Shown here piece by piece: positions 48,226-58,099 of a DNA stretch of 64,000 nt. A program made the position numbers and the translations under genes. The notes beneath the pieces were generated by a model. That model was not told the origin of the DNA. It was given only the letters and a program-made list of their open reading frames with translations, and did not search any database. Within the stretch, counting starts at the first letter, position 1; every line of letters begins with the position of its first letter. The DNA comes from Clostridia bacterium (GTDB lineage Bacteria; Bacillota; Clostridia; CAKSNL01; HGM11501), in contig JAZQAZ010000008.1 of the NCBI GenBank assembly GCA_045545475.1, positions 122,691 to 186,690 on the forward strand, written 5' to 3'.

Positions 48226-49932
48226 TTACATTACCAATGTTTTTAATTCATCTATAAGTTTATCGGATAATTCATCTGCTGCAGTTTTACGTTCTGCTTT
48301 TGCACCAACATATATCTTAAGTTTAGGCTCTGTTCCGGAGGGCCTTAAAACTCCCCAGATACCGCCTTCTATTTCAAAGTATAATACATTGGATTCAGGA
48401 AGCAAAAGCTTTTCTTCTGTTCCGTTTTCAAAATCGTATCTGATTTTCTTTTTATAATCTCTTAAAGCTAAAACCTTTTTACCTGCTAAAACCCTAGGAG
48501 GATTATTTCTTGCCTTCTCCATAGAGCTTTTTATCTGCTCTACCCCATCAAGACCTTCTCTATAAATGTTATATACGCCTTCTTTATACCATCCGTATTT
48601 ATTATACATATCGCAAAGAGCATCGTACAACGTCTTTCCTTGAAGACTGTAATATGCAGCCATTTCAGCTATTAACATGGAGGCTACAACTCCGTCTTTG
48701 TCACGAGCATGAATTCCTGCAAGATAGCCGTAACTTTCCTCAAAACCGAACATATAATGCATATTTCCGTTTTCTTCGTGTTCTTTTATAAGTTCTCCGA
48801 TAAATTTGAATCCGGTGAGACATTCAAACATGGTTACGCCGTAATTCTCAGCGATAGAACGTATAATATCTGTAGTTACTATAGTTTTAACTACGAAGGG
48901 ATTTTCGCTCATAAGTCCCTTTTCGGTACGCTGTGACAATATGTATTCGCAAAGAAGAGAACCTATCTGATTGCCGGTAAATGTTATGTACTCCCCTTCC
49001 GAATTTTTAACGACAATGCCGACTCTGTCGCAATCGGGATCTGTGCCTATGATAAGGTCAACATCTTTTTCTTTAGCCATGTTTATGGCAATTGTGAAGC
49101 CTTCTTTGTCTTCGGGATTGGGAGATTTTACTGTGGGAAAATCTCCATCGGGGGTACATTGTTCTGTTACCTCATACACATTTTTAAGGCCTATTGCGGA
49201 AAAAGCCTTCATTACAGGCTTATAACCTGTTCCATGAAAAGGTGTATAAATTATCTTAAAGGTCTCCCCTGCTTTTTTTGTAGCTTCTTTATTAATCTGT
49301 TGTTTAAGCACTTCTTTGAGAAATTCGTTTTCAATTTCTTCGCCGATATACTCTATCAATTCCGGCTTGACGGGAGAGTCGAATTCTTCGAAGAGTGACA
49401 TGGATGTTATTTTTTCTACAATACTGTCAGCAACTTCAGGACCAATCTGACATCCGTCATCGCCGTAAACCTTATATCCGTTATATTTTGAGGGATTATG
49501 GCTGGCTGTAACCATTATTCCAGCAGAACATTTAAGAAATCTTGTAGCAAAGCTAACTTCCGGTACAGGTTTAAGCTCTTCAAAAAGGTATACTTTAATA
49601 CCGTATCTTGTAAGAGTTTCTGCTGCTTCCTTAGCAAAAACATCGGATTTATGGCGTGAATCGTATCCTATCACAACAGACGGATTAGTCGCACCGGATT
49701 CTTTTATATATAAAGCCAGAGCCTTTGTTGCACGGCGTACAACGTAGACATTCATTCTGTTTGTTCCGGCGGCAATCACGCCTCTCAATCCTGCTGTACC
49801 AAAGGCAAGTTCGGCACCAAAACGTTCTTTTATTTCGTCATCATTGTCTTTTATAGCCAAAAGTTCCGCTTTTAATTCGGGTAAAAGGCTTTCGTTTGAA
49901 ATCCATTCTGAATACTTTTCCATATAACTCAT
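48226..49932 (-). CDS. pgm: Phosphoglucomutase/phosphomannomutase
   Basis: FGTAGLRG, TASHNP, DPDCDR, FEESYG and RPSGTEPK motifs. Confidence 0.93.
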   Translation of the reverse strand: MSYMEKYSEWISNESLLPELKAELLAIKDNDDEIKERFGAELAFGTAGLRGVIAAGTNRMNVYVVRRATKALALYIKESGATNPSVVIGYDSRHKSDVFAKEAAETLTRYGIKVYLFEELKPVPEVSFATRFLKCSAGIMVTASHNPSKYNGYKVYGDDGCQIGPEVADSIVEKITSMSLFEEFDSPVKPELIEYIGEEIENEFLKEVLKQQINKEATKKAGETFKIIYTPFHGTGYKPVMKAFSAIGLKNVYEVTEQCTPDGDFPTVKSPNPEDKEGFTIAINMAKEKDVDLIIGTDPDCDRVGIVVKNSEGEYITFTGNQIGSLLCEYILSQRTEKGLMSENPFVVKTIVTTDIIRSIAENYGVTMFECLTGFKFIGELIKEHEENGNMHYMFGFEESYGYLAGIHARDKDGVVASMLIAEMAAYYSLQGKTLYDALCDMYNKYGWYKEGVYNIYREGLDGVEQIKSSMEKARNNPPRVLAGKKVLALRDYKKKIRYDFENGTEEKLLLPESNVLYFEIEGGIWGVLRPSGTEPKLKIYVGAKAERKTAADELSDKLIDELKTLVM

Positions 49933-49956
49933 TTACTTCAGTCCTTTCTATATAAG

Positions 49957-49985
49957 ATTATATCATATAAATTCCTTTTCGTAAA
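49957..49985 (-). promoter_or_regulatory. Promoter for pgm
   Basis: TTTACG-17 bp-TATAAT with extended -10 TG. Confidence 0.55.
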
Positions 49986-50009
49986 GAGTATATTTTCATA
50001 TATTATGTC

Positions 50010-50043
50010 AAAAAAAGAGACAACGTATTTTCCGTTGTCTCTT
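50010..50043 (-). terminator. Terminator after ispH-rpsA
   Basis: AAGAGACAACG-loop-CGTTGTCTCTTTTTT on the minus strand. Confidence 0.85.
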
Positions 50044-50055
50044 AAAATACTGAAA

Positions 50056-52110
50056 TTATTCTTCTGTTGTGATTTCAGGCATATTCTCTGCCATTGTAGC
50101 GGTATTCTCTTCCTTGTATTCAGTAACTTCTTCTTCACCTTCGGCAGCTTCTTCAGCCACAGGAGCTTCGACTACTTCTTCAGGAAGGAGTGCTCTTATA
50201 GAAAGTGCAATCTTGGGAGTAGGAGTTGCGTCCCAGTTAATGTCGATAATCTTTGCGTCAACTTTCTGACCCTTGGAAAGCTCGTCAGAGGGTTTTGAAA
50301 TTCTCTTGTTAGCAATCTGAGAAATGTGCACAAGACCTTCTACGCCGGGAATAAGTTCTGCAAAAGCACCGAATGCTGTTACGTTTGTAATTGTAACATT
50401 TACTACGTTGCCTACTTCGAACTTGCTCTTTGCGATTACCCAGGGATTCTCTTCATCCTTCTTGTAACCAAGAGAAACCTTAGACTTTCCGTTTTCGTCA
50501 GTATCAATCTTAAGGATACGAACGGTGATTTCGTCGCCAACCTTGATTACCTCGGAAGGATGCTTAATCTTAGCCCAGGAGAGCTGAGATATGTGAACAA
50601 GACCTTCTACACCGCCGATATCAACGAATGCACCGAAATCGGTAAGTGTCTTAACAACACCCTTGTATTCCTTGCCTACTTCAGCGTCAGCCCAGAAAGC
50701 TTCAGCTTTCTTAGCTTTTTCAGCAAGAAGAACCTGCTTGATTGAACCAAGAATCTTCTTGGAGCGTCTGTCGAACTTAATAATCTTTACAGGCACCTGT
50801 TTTGCGGGATCAACAAGTACGGAAAGGTCGCTTAAATATCTGTCATTAGCCTGAGAGCCGGGAACAAATACTCTGATACCTTCACAAAGTACAATAACGC
50901 CGCCTTTTACAGCTTCGATTATAATACCGGAAAGGATAGTGCCATTTTCCATAGCTTCTTCAAGAACAGCATACTTTTTCTCATTATCAAGCTTCTTTTT
51001 GGAAAGAAGTACAGTTCCTTCAACGTCGTTAACGCGAATTACGAAAACATCGATTTCTTCGCCAACTTTTACAACATCTTCGGGTGCAAGGGTGGGATCA
51101 TCTGTCAATTCACTTGCAGGAATTATACCGTCTGACTTATAGTTAAGGTTTACGATAACTTCTGTAGGATGAATCGCAACTACTGTGCCTTTAACCTTTT
51201 CACCTGTATGTAAGGTAACGAGAGCGTTATCAAGCGCTGCCGCCCAGTTTTCCTCCTCATTTATATTCTGTGTTACTTTTGTGTTTTCTTCCATTGTATG
51301 AAGAACCTCCTTTATTATCCAGTCCGGCGTTGATGCACCGGCTGTTACACCAATTCGTTTGCGGATATATTCTTCCGCATCCGGCAGATCAAATGCACCT
51401 TCTACATGGTATACTTCATCGCATGCAGTTTTTGCAATCTCCACCAGTTTTTTATTATTTGAGCTGTGTTTACCGCCGATGACAAAAAACACATCGGATT
51501 CTTTTGCCAGCTCCAAGGCTTCCCTTTGCCTTAATTCAGTAGCACTACATATTGTATCAAAAAACAGTACCGTTTGGCAAGTGTTTTTTATAAATTCTTT
51601 TAAATTTTTCCAAAAAACACTACTTGCCGTAGTTTGTGATACAACACAAAGTTTGCTGTTTTTTAATTTTTTTAATTTTTCAGGGGCTTCTTCCATATTT
51701 TTTATTATTATGGCACTATTGTCGCACCATCCGTTTATTCCGATTACTTCCGGATGTGTACTATCCCCCGCAATTATTATATTATAACATGCTTTATGAT
51801 ATTTTTCAACTATTGTTTGAATTTTTTTTACAAAAGGACATGTGGCATCAATAAAATCAACATTTATACTTTCGGCAATCGCTTTTGATACACCATGACT
51901 TCGTATTACAACTGTTTCGTTTGCTGTCTGTTCACAGATTTCATTTATAATTCTTACGCCTTTTTCTGAAAGCGAAGACACAACTCTCTCGTTATGTATA
52001 ATAGGCCCTAATGTTGCTATTTTCTTTCCTTCTTCGAGTCCGGTATAAACAAAATCCAATGCTCGTGATACTCCGAAACAAAAACCTGCTGACTTTGCAA
52101 CCTTAATCAT
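50056..52110 (-). CDS. ispH: Bifunctional IspH (LytB) / ribosomal protein S1 fusion
   Basis: GFCFGV, DATCP, TICSAT and TAGASTP motifs, followed by four S1 repeats (FGAFV...GLVHISQ). Confidence 0.94.
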   Translation of the reverse strand: MIKVAKSAGFCFGVSRALDFVYTGLEEGKKIATLGPIIHNERVVSSLSEKGVRIINEICEQTANETVVIRSHGVSKAIAESINVDFIDATCPFVKKIQTIVEKYHKACYNIIIAGDSTHPEVIGINGWCDNSAIIIKNMEEAPEKLKKLKNSKLCVVSQTTASSVFWKNLKEFIKNTCQTVLFFDTICSATELRQREALELAKESDVFFVIGGKHSSNNKKLVEIAKTACDEVYHVEGAFDLPDAEEYIRKRIGVTAGASTPDWIIKEVLHTMEENTKVTQNINEEENWAAALDNALVTLHTGEKVKGTVVAIHPTEVIVNLNYKSDGIIPASELTDDPTLAPEDVVKVGEEIDVFVIRVNDVEGTVLLSKKKLDNEKKYAVLEEAMENGTILSGIIIEAVKGGVIVLCEGIRVFVPGSQANDRYLSDLSVLVDPAKQVPVKIIKFDRRSKKILGSIKQVLLAEKAKKAEAFWADAEVGKEYKGVVKTLTDFGAFVDIGGVEGLVHISQLSWAKIKHPSEVIKVGDEITVRILKIDTDENGKSKVSLGYKKDEENPWVIAKSKFEVGNVVNVTITNVTAFGAFAELIPGVEGLVHISQIANKRISKPSDELSKGQKVDAKIIDINWDATPTPKIALSIRALLPEEVVEAPVAEEAAEGEEEVTEYKEENTATMAENMPEITTEE

Positions 52111-52697
52111 TTCTTATTAACCTCTGCTAAAGAGTATATTTTATCCATAAGTTCCTGTGTCATTTTCTCGTATTCTTTATTTTCGAGATGTTGTTTTTTA
52201 TAGGAGCTGTAATCAATTGGTTCTCCTATCTTCACATGTACCTTTTTTAATATATGATTATTCTCAGATAATCCAACCGGTAAGATTTTTGCACCTGTTA
52301 AAATGGCAAGTCTTATTGCACCTTGTTTTCCGGGATTGTTTTCTTCTTTTTTAGATCTTGTTCCCTGGGGAAAAATAAGAAGTGCTCGTTTATCCTTCAA
52401 AAGCCTTATTGCAGTTTTAAGTGCCGCAATATCGCTGTTTTCTCTGTCTATCGGAAATGCTCCAAGAGACGATATTAATTTTCCGAACGGCTTAAATTTA
52501 AAAAGCTCCTTTTTAGCCATAAACGTAAGCTGGCGGTCAATCGATTCTGCTATAAAAATAGGGTCTCTGAGGCCGGGATGATTGCTGCAGACAATAAGAC
52601 CTTCATCTTCAGGAATTATGGAATTATCCGGTTTTTTAAATCCGTAAAAAATAAAATCTATCACTCGGATTATCCTAATCAAAATTTTATAAAACAT
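52107..52697 (-). CDS. plsC: 1-acyl-sn-glycerol-3-phosphate acyltransferase
   Basis: NHPGLRD, FMAKKELF and FPQGTR motifs. Confidence 0.88.
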   Translation of the reverse strand: MFYKILIRIIRVIDFIFYGFKKPDNSIIPEDEGLIVCSNHPGLRDPIFIAESIDRQLTFMAKKELFKFKPFGKLISSLGAFPIDRENSDIAALKTAIRLLKDKRALLIFPQGTRSKKEENNPGKQGAIRLAILTGAKILPVGLSENNHILKKVHVKIGEPIDYSSYKKQHLENKEYEKMTQELMDKIYSLAEVNKK

Positions 52698-52717
52698 ATT
52701 ATTACTCCGTTTATTAT

Positions 52718-53383
52718 TTATATTCTTTCAGTTATGAATTTTTTTATTAAGTCCACGGATTCTTCTAAGCTGTTACCGGTTGTGTCAATAAGCGTTGCAT
52801 CCTGAGCTTTTTTTAACGGCATATACTCTCGTGAGCTGTCGTTTTTATCACGGAATTCCATATCCTTTAACACTTCTTCGAATGTTACGTTTTCACCTTT
52901 TTCTTTGAGTTCAAGGTAGCGTCTTTGAGCTCTGTCTTTAGTATCCGCAGTTAAGAAAATCTTAACTTTTGCGTCCGGCAAAACATTTGTTCCAATGTCT
53001 CGACCATCCATAATGCAATTATGATTTTTTGCAAGTTCTCTTTGAAAATCAACCATTTTTATACGAACTTCTTTAATTACAGCTACATGAGATGCAGCTA
53101 AAGAAATTTCAGGTGTTCTTATAAGTGAAGAAACATCTTCTCCGTTTAAATAGATATGCTGAATTCCATCAAAATACTTAATATCAATTTTTATTTCAGG
53201 AAGCAGAGCGATAACTCCTGCTATGTCTGAAGCAGTATCTATATTTTTTCTTACAGCCGCAAGACCTACTGTACGATACATTGCACCTGTATCTATATAG
53301 ATATATCCGAGTTCCTTCGCAACGGCTTTTGCGATAGTGCTTTTGCCTGCTCCAGAAGGACCGTCGATTGCTATATTAATCAT
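52718..53383 (-). CDS. cmk: Cytidylate kinase
   Basis: IAIDGPSGAGKST, DTGAMYR and MDGRDIGT motifs. Confidence 0.96.
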   Translation of the reverse strand: MINIAIDGPSGAGKSTIAKAVAKELGYIYIDTGAMYRTVGLAAVRKNIDTASDIAGVIALLPEIKIDIKYFDGIQHIYLNGEDVSSLIRTPEISLAASHVAVIKEVRIKMVDFQRELAKNHNCIMDGRDIGTNVLPDAKVKIFLTADTKDRAQRRYLELKEKGENVTFEEVLKDMEFRDKNDSSREYMPLKKAQDATLIDTTGNSLEESVDLIKKFITERI

Positions 53384-53396
53384 ATGATAATCCTCC

Positions 53397-53810
53397 TTAA
53401 ATTGCACGGTGTCCGAGACCTATTGCTATTTCATTTAAATGTAAAAGGCCTATTCCGCAGAAAATGCATACTGCTATATGTTCATCACACCTTGCGATGC
53501 CTATTTTCCCACCTGCGTTAAGTCCGATCGCTTTTGTCATAATTGCAGCCAATGCTTCTCTAGCCGCTCCTGCAACCGCTCCTTCCTCTGAATGAGAAGA
53601 AGTAATCAAACCTTCACGCTTCGCTCCAACGACAGAACGCTCCACAATTTTATTAACAGAACTGATAAACTCCCCTCCAAAGTCAATTGCACAACAAGAA
53701 ACGCCATCCTTTGCACATTCTGACTTAAATATACTTTCCTCTTCCCTGTTTTTTGTTAACGCCGCTTTTATTGCAGCTGCAGCAACATCTTTACTACCGA
53801 ATTCTGACAT
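53397..53810 (-). CDS. HutP family RNA-binding protein
   Basis: DFGG, AKREG, HSEEGAVAGA, GGKIGIAR and GIGLLHLNE motifs; clostridial hutP-cmk synteny. Confidence 0.8.
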   Translation of the reverse strand: MSEFGSKDVAAAAIKAALTKNREEESIFKSECAKDGVSCCAIDFGGEFISSVNKIVERSVVGAKREGLITSSHSEEGAVAGAAREALAAIMTKAIGLNAGGKIGIARCDEHIAVCIFCGIGLLHLNEIAIGLGHRAI

Positions 53811-53872
53811 ATTATCGCCTCCGGGCACATTATATAATATTATAACATAAAACAAAATAATAATCAATAAAT

Positions 53873-55087
53873 TTATAAATTATTTCCCGCAAGAAATCCT
53901 GTTGAAAAAGCTATCTGAAGATTAAATCCTCCTGTATAAGCGTCAACGTCTATGACTTCACCTGCAAAATATAATCCGGGAATAATCTTTGATTCCATTG
54001 TTGAAGGGTTAATTTCCGAAATCTTAATTCCTCCGGAAGTTATTATAGCTTCCGAAACAGGCCTGAAATCTTTCACGGTAAGCGGTAAATGTTTCAATAA
54101 ATTACAAAGATTCTTTCTTTCCTCTTTTGTTATTTCGCAAACAATTTTGCGTTCTTCAATTCCTGAGAGTTTTACTATAACAGGAATCATTTTCTGCGGC
54201 AAAAGGTCTGAAAGCGAATTTATAAAGTCTCTCTTTGCATATTTTTCGAAATCTCTCAGGATTCTTTTATCAAGTGCCGCTTCATCCAGAGCCGGCTTTA
54301 AGTCAATTTCTATCTTATAGCTGCCTGCAGATTTTTTCATATGAGAACTTGCCGAAAGAATCATAGGACCGGAAATACCAAAATGAGTGAAGAGCATTTC
54401 TCCGAAATCAGAATACTTCTTTTTGCCGTTTTCAAAAAGCGTAATAGCTACATTTTTGAGTGATAGTCCCATCATTTCCGAAGGAAAGCTTTCTTCCGTA
54501 ACAAGAGGAACAAGTGACGGTTTTAGCTCGGTTACGGTGTGTCCCAATTCTCTTGCGAACTTATATCCGTCCCCAGTTGAACCGGTTGTAGGATAGCTTA
54601 AGCCACCTGTCGCTACAATCACTCTTTCAGCTGATATTTTTTTGCCGTCAGAAAGCAATACTCCGGAGGCAGAACCATTTGCCGTTGTGATTCTGGAAAC
54701 ATTTCCTTTTATAGCTTTTACGTTATACTTTTTCATTTCAGAAACCAGAGCATTTACAATATCCTGAGCCTTATCGGATTCAGGAAAAACTCTGTTGCCA
54801 CGTTCGTTTTTAAGCTTAACGCCTGCATTCTCAAAGAAGTCCATTGTATCGTAAGCTGAAAAAGCATTAAAAGCACTGTATAAAAACCTTCCGTTTACGG
54901 GAACATTTTTTATAAGCTCGTCAACAGGTGAATCGTTTGTAACGTTGCATCTTCCTTTGCCGGTTATGGCAAGCTTTTTGCCGAAACGGTCATTCTTTTC
55001 TATTAAAATTACTTCATGTCCGCATTTGCCTGCAGAACAAGCGGCCATAAGACCTGCAGCTCCTGCTCCTATAATTATCACTTTCAT
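53873..55087 (-). CDS. HI0933/BaiN-like NAD(P)/FAD-dependent oxidoreductase
   Basis: GAGAAG, TGKGRCNVTN, LFTHFGISGP and TGGFNLQ motifs. Confidence 0.92.
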   Translation of the reverse strand: MKVIIIGAGAAGLMAACSAGKCGHEVILIEKNDRFGKKLAITGKGRCNVTNDSPVDELIKNVPVNGRFLYSAFNAFSAYDTMDFFENAGVKLKNERGNRVFPESDKAQDIVNALVSEMKKYNVKAIKGNVSRITTANGSASGVLLSDGKKISAERVIVATGGLSYPTTGSTGDGYKFARELGHTVTELKPSLVPLVTEESFPSEMMGLSLKNVAITLFENGKKKYSDFGEMLFTHFGISGPMILSASSHMKKSAGSYKIEIDLKPALDEAALDKRILRDFEKYAKRDFINSLSDLLPQKMIPVIVKLSGIEERKIVCEITKEERKNLCNLLKHLPLTVKDFRPVSEAIITSGGIKISEINPSTMESKIIPGLYFAGEVIDVDAYTGGFNLQIAFSTGFLAGNNL

Positions 55088-55088
55088 A

Positions 55089-55823
55089 TTATTTCTCCCG
55101 TTTTACGGCTTTGATGAAAATACGTTCTTCATCGCCCTTTGGTGCTAAAAAAGTTTTGTCACCAAAGACTTCAATATCGCAAAATCCTGCTTTTTCAAGC
55201 ATTTTTATAAGCTCCTCTATCTCCCATGCACGTTCAGTCTGTTCTTCGTCTATTCTTAAATATTTACCATTTTCATCTTCGATAAAAAATGTAAGATAAA
55301 AATCACAGAGCTTTTCATCCTCGTTATAAACGCTTTCCCATGTATAGAAAATGCCGTTTTCATCGTAGGTATATATATTTCCACCAAGGACGCTTTTGAG
55401 CTTATAAGGACTATTTATATCAAATACAAACACGCCATTATAATCAAGATAATTGTGAGCAAGTGAAAATACCTTTTCAAGTGATTCTTCGTCGATTATA
55501 TAGTTTATCGAATCAAGGCTTGAAATTATTGCTCCCATCGTGCCGTAAAGCTCAAACTCGGTCATATTCTGATTAAGGTATAAAATATTCCCGCCTTTTT
55601 CCGTTGCTTTATTAAGCATTGAAAAAGATGAGTCAACTCCGGTCATATCATAGCCTCTGTCAGCCATTATTCTTGTCAGAGTTCCTGTGCCACATCCGAG
55701 GTCTAATACAAGCTCCGGTTTTATGCCTGAGCGATTAAAAATTTTCTCGAAAAAGTCTGCCCATTTTTCATATTCAACATCTTGCATAAGAGAGTCATAT
55801 ATGTCGGCAAATTCACTGTACAT
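55089..55823 (-). CDS. Class I SAM-dependent methyltransferase (YqeM-like)
   Basis: LDLGCGTG, DSINY and FVFDINS motifs. Confidence 0.9.
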   Translation of the reverse strand: MYSEFADIYDSLMQDVEYEKWADFFEKIFNRSGIKPELVLDLGCGTGTLTRIMADRGYDMTGVDSSFSMLNKATEKGGNILYLNQNMTEFELYGTMGAIISSLDSINYIIDEESLEKVFSLAHNYLDYNGVFVFDINSPYKLKSVLGGNIYTYDENGIFYTWESVYNEDEKLCDFYLTFFIEDENGKYLRIDEEQTERAWEIEELIKMLEKAGFCDIEVFGDKTFLAPKGDEERIFIKAVKREK

Positions 55824-55838
55824 AAAAATTCTCCTTAA

Positions 55839-58028
55839 TTAAACCTTTGTAAGCTTGGCATATACCGCCATAAGATTTTTTTCACCGTGTGCATCAAAGT
55901 TAATCTTAAGTCTCATGTCGTTACCTACAGCCTGAGCTTCTAAAATTGTGCCTTCTCCAAATTTCCCGTGTTTAACCCTCTCTCCCACAGCAAAATCAAA
56001 TTTAAGAGGTGCTGATGTTTTAGTCTGAGTAAAGGATTTAAAATTAATAGTTTGTGTTTTGCGTTCTGTAAAGATATAATCAGATGCATCAAATCCGCTG
56101 AATTTGGGCTTTGGCGTTATATCGTCCTTGCACTTTTCGGGAATTTCTGATAAAAACATGGAAGGCTTATGGAATTCTGTCTTACCGAAAACCTTACGCT
56201 GATTTGCGTAGGTCATAAAAAGCTCTTTTTTAGCTCTTGTTATGGCAACGTAGGCAAGTCTTCTTTCCTCTTCTATGCCATCTTCCTCGTATTTTGAACG
56301 TTCGCTGGGAAAAAGTCCGTCTTCACATCCTGCAATAAATACAACAGGGAATTCAAGGCCTTTAGCCATATGAATGGTCATAAGCGTAACGCTGTCTTCG
56401 TCTTCGTCATAATTGTCAATATCAGACACAAGCGAAATGCTGTCAACGTAGTTTCTGAGTGATGCATCTTCTTCACTTTCCTCAAAGCTTTTTGCACCAC
56501 TTATAAGTTCACCCAGGTTATCAATTCTCGACTTTGATTCAATGTCGTCGTTAAGCTGGAGTGCTGCAAGGTACCCGGTTCTCTTTATAACCTTCTCGAC
56601 GAATTCGCCAAGATTCATCGTATCTGCTTCTTGCCTCAATTCTTCGATTAAAGAAGCGTATTCCAACATTTTAGCACCGCTTTTGCCTATTTCTGAAGAA
56701 TAGTTAACGATTGCTTCATAAAGGCTTATACCTCGCTCGTGGGCAATTTCATCAGCCTTTTCCATAGAGGTCTTACCTATTCCCCTTTTAGGCTCATTTA
56801 TGCTTCTCTTTACGCTTACATCGTCATCGGGATTCACAATAACGTGAAGATACGCCATTATGTCCTTTATTTCCTTACGATCATAGAAACGTAAGCCTGA
56901 TAAAAGTCTGTGCGGAATGCCCGATACTCTGAATCTTTCTTCCAGTGCACGGGACTGATTGTTTGTTCTGAAAAGTACAACTATATCGGAAAGTGCGGTA
57001 GTTTTGCGAAGCTCGTTAATTTTTCCAGCAATGAAGTCAGCTTCGGCATATTCATTGTCGGCTTTATAAATCTTTATAAGCTCGCCTTTTCCTTCGTCGG
57101 TCCAGAGGTTCTTTCCTTTTCTTCCGGTGTTATGCTCAATTACACCGTTTGCGGCGTCCAAAATATTCTGAGTCGAACGGTAATTCTGTTCAAGACGGAT
57201 TGTTGTTGTCTCGGTAAATTCCTTTTCGAAATCAAGAATATTTCTTATATCCGCACCACGGAATTTATAGATACTCTGGTCATCATCGCCAACAACGCAG
57301 ATGTTTCTGTGCTCTTTACTGAGCAGGCTTACAAGCTGATACTGTGCGTTGTTGGTATCCTGATACTCATCAACCAATATGAACTTAAATTTATTTCTGT
57401 AGAACTCCAATACTTCTTTATTTTCCTTGAAAAGCCTTACGGTGCACATGATAAGATCGTCAAAATCCATGGCGTTATTGGAAAGGAGAGTTTTCTGATA
57501 CTCGGCATAAACCCTCATATAAATGCTTCTTAAATAGTCGTTTCCGTATGCGGCTAAAAACTCCTCGGGAGTAATCATTTTGTTTTTAGCATCAGAAATT
57601 ACAGATAAGCAGTTTTTAACTGGGATTTTATCTGAATCTATGTTAAGTCTTCTCATGCATTCCTTTACAACGGTTTTCTGATCTGAATCGTCGTAAATAT
57701 TAAAGCCCGGGCGATAACCAAGATATTCGGCATTTCGTCTCAAAATGGCAAGACAGGCTCCGTGGAAGGTCTTAATCCACATAAGGTCTGCATCGCTACC
57801 GCAAAGCTTTGTGAGACGCTCGCGCATCTCCGCCGCCGCTTTATTTGTAAATGTTATCGCAAGAATACTGTATGGAGAGACATTTCTTTCGTTAAGTAAA
57901 TATGCTATGCGGTGTGTAAGAACTCTTGTTTTTCCGCTTCCGGCACCTGCTAAAATCAAAAGAGGGCCGTCGGGAGCTGTCACCGCCTTATGCTGCTCAG
58001 GATTTAATCCTGCAAGTAGCTCGCTCAT
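55839..58028 (-). CDS. pcrA: ATP-dependent DNA helicase PcrA
   Basis: AGAGSGKT, DEYQDTN, GDDDQSIY, KGLEF and EERRLAYVAITRA motifs; C-terminal Tudor-like domain. Confidence 0.96.
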   Translation of the reverse strand: MSELLAGLNPEQHKAVTAPDGPLLILAGAGSGKTRVLTHRIAYLLNERNVSPYSILAITFTNKAAAEMRERLTKLCGSDADLMWIKTFHGACLAILRRNAEYLGYRPGFNIYDDSDQKTVVKECMRRLNIDSDKIPVKNCLSVISDAKNKMITPEEFLAAYGNDYLRSIYMRVYAEYQKTLLSNNAMDFDDLIMCTVRLFKENKEVLEFYRNKFKFILVDEYQDTNNAQYQLVSLLSKEHRNICVVGDDDQSIYKFRGADIRNILDFEKEFTETTTIRLEQNYRSTQNILDAANGVIEHNTGRKGKNLWTDEGKGELIKIYKADNEYAEADFIAGKINELRKTTALSDIVVLFRTNNQSRALEERFRVSGIPHRLLSGLRFYDRKEIKDIMAYLHVIVNPDDDVSVKRSINEPKRGIGKTSMEKADEIAHERGISLYEAIVNYSSEIGKSGAKMLEYASLIEELRQEADTMNLGEFVEKVIKRTGYLAALQLNDDIESKSRIDNLGELISGAKSFEESEEDASLRNYVDSISLVSDIDNYDEDEDSVTLMTIHMAKGLEFPVVFIAGCEDGLFPSERSKYEEDGIEEERRLAYVAITRAKKELFMTYANQRKVFGKTEFHKPSMFLSEIPEKCKDDITPKPKFSGFDASDYIFTERKTQTINFKSFTQTKTSAPLKFDFAVGERVKHGKFGEGTILEAQAVGNDMRLKINFDAHGEKNLMAVYAKLTKV

Positions 58029-58056
58029 TTGTGTTTTCGTCCTTTCGTGTTAATTC

Positions 58057-58091
58057 AGAAAATTACAGGGCTGCATAAAACAGCCCTGTAA
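58057..58091 (-). terminator. Terminator after transketolase genes
   Basis: TTACAGGGCTG...CAGCCCTGTAA stem with TTTT on the minus strand. Confidence 0.65.
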
Positions 58092-58099
58092 AAGCCAGA

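Noticed and set aside
49938-50138. 66-aa ORF between rpsA and pgm
   Set aside because: It overlaps the rpsA end, its terminator and the pgm promoter; no motif.
56910-57533. Long antisense ORFs (e.g. 207 aa opposite pcrA, 195 aa at 19022-19609, 155 aa at 62072-62539) and other short shadow ORFs
   Set aside because: They overlap well-supported genes and show no recognisable motifs or RBS; they are expected by-products of codon bias.
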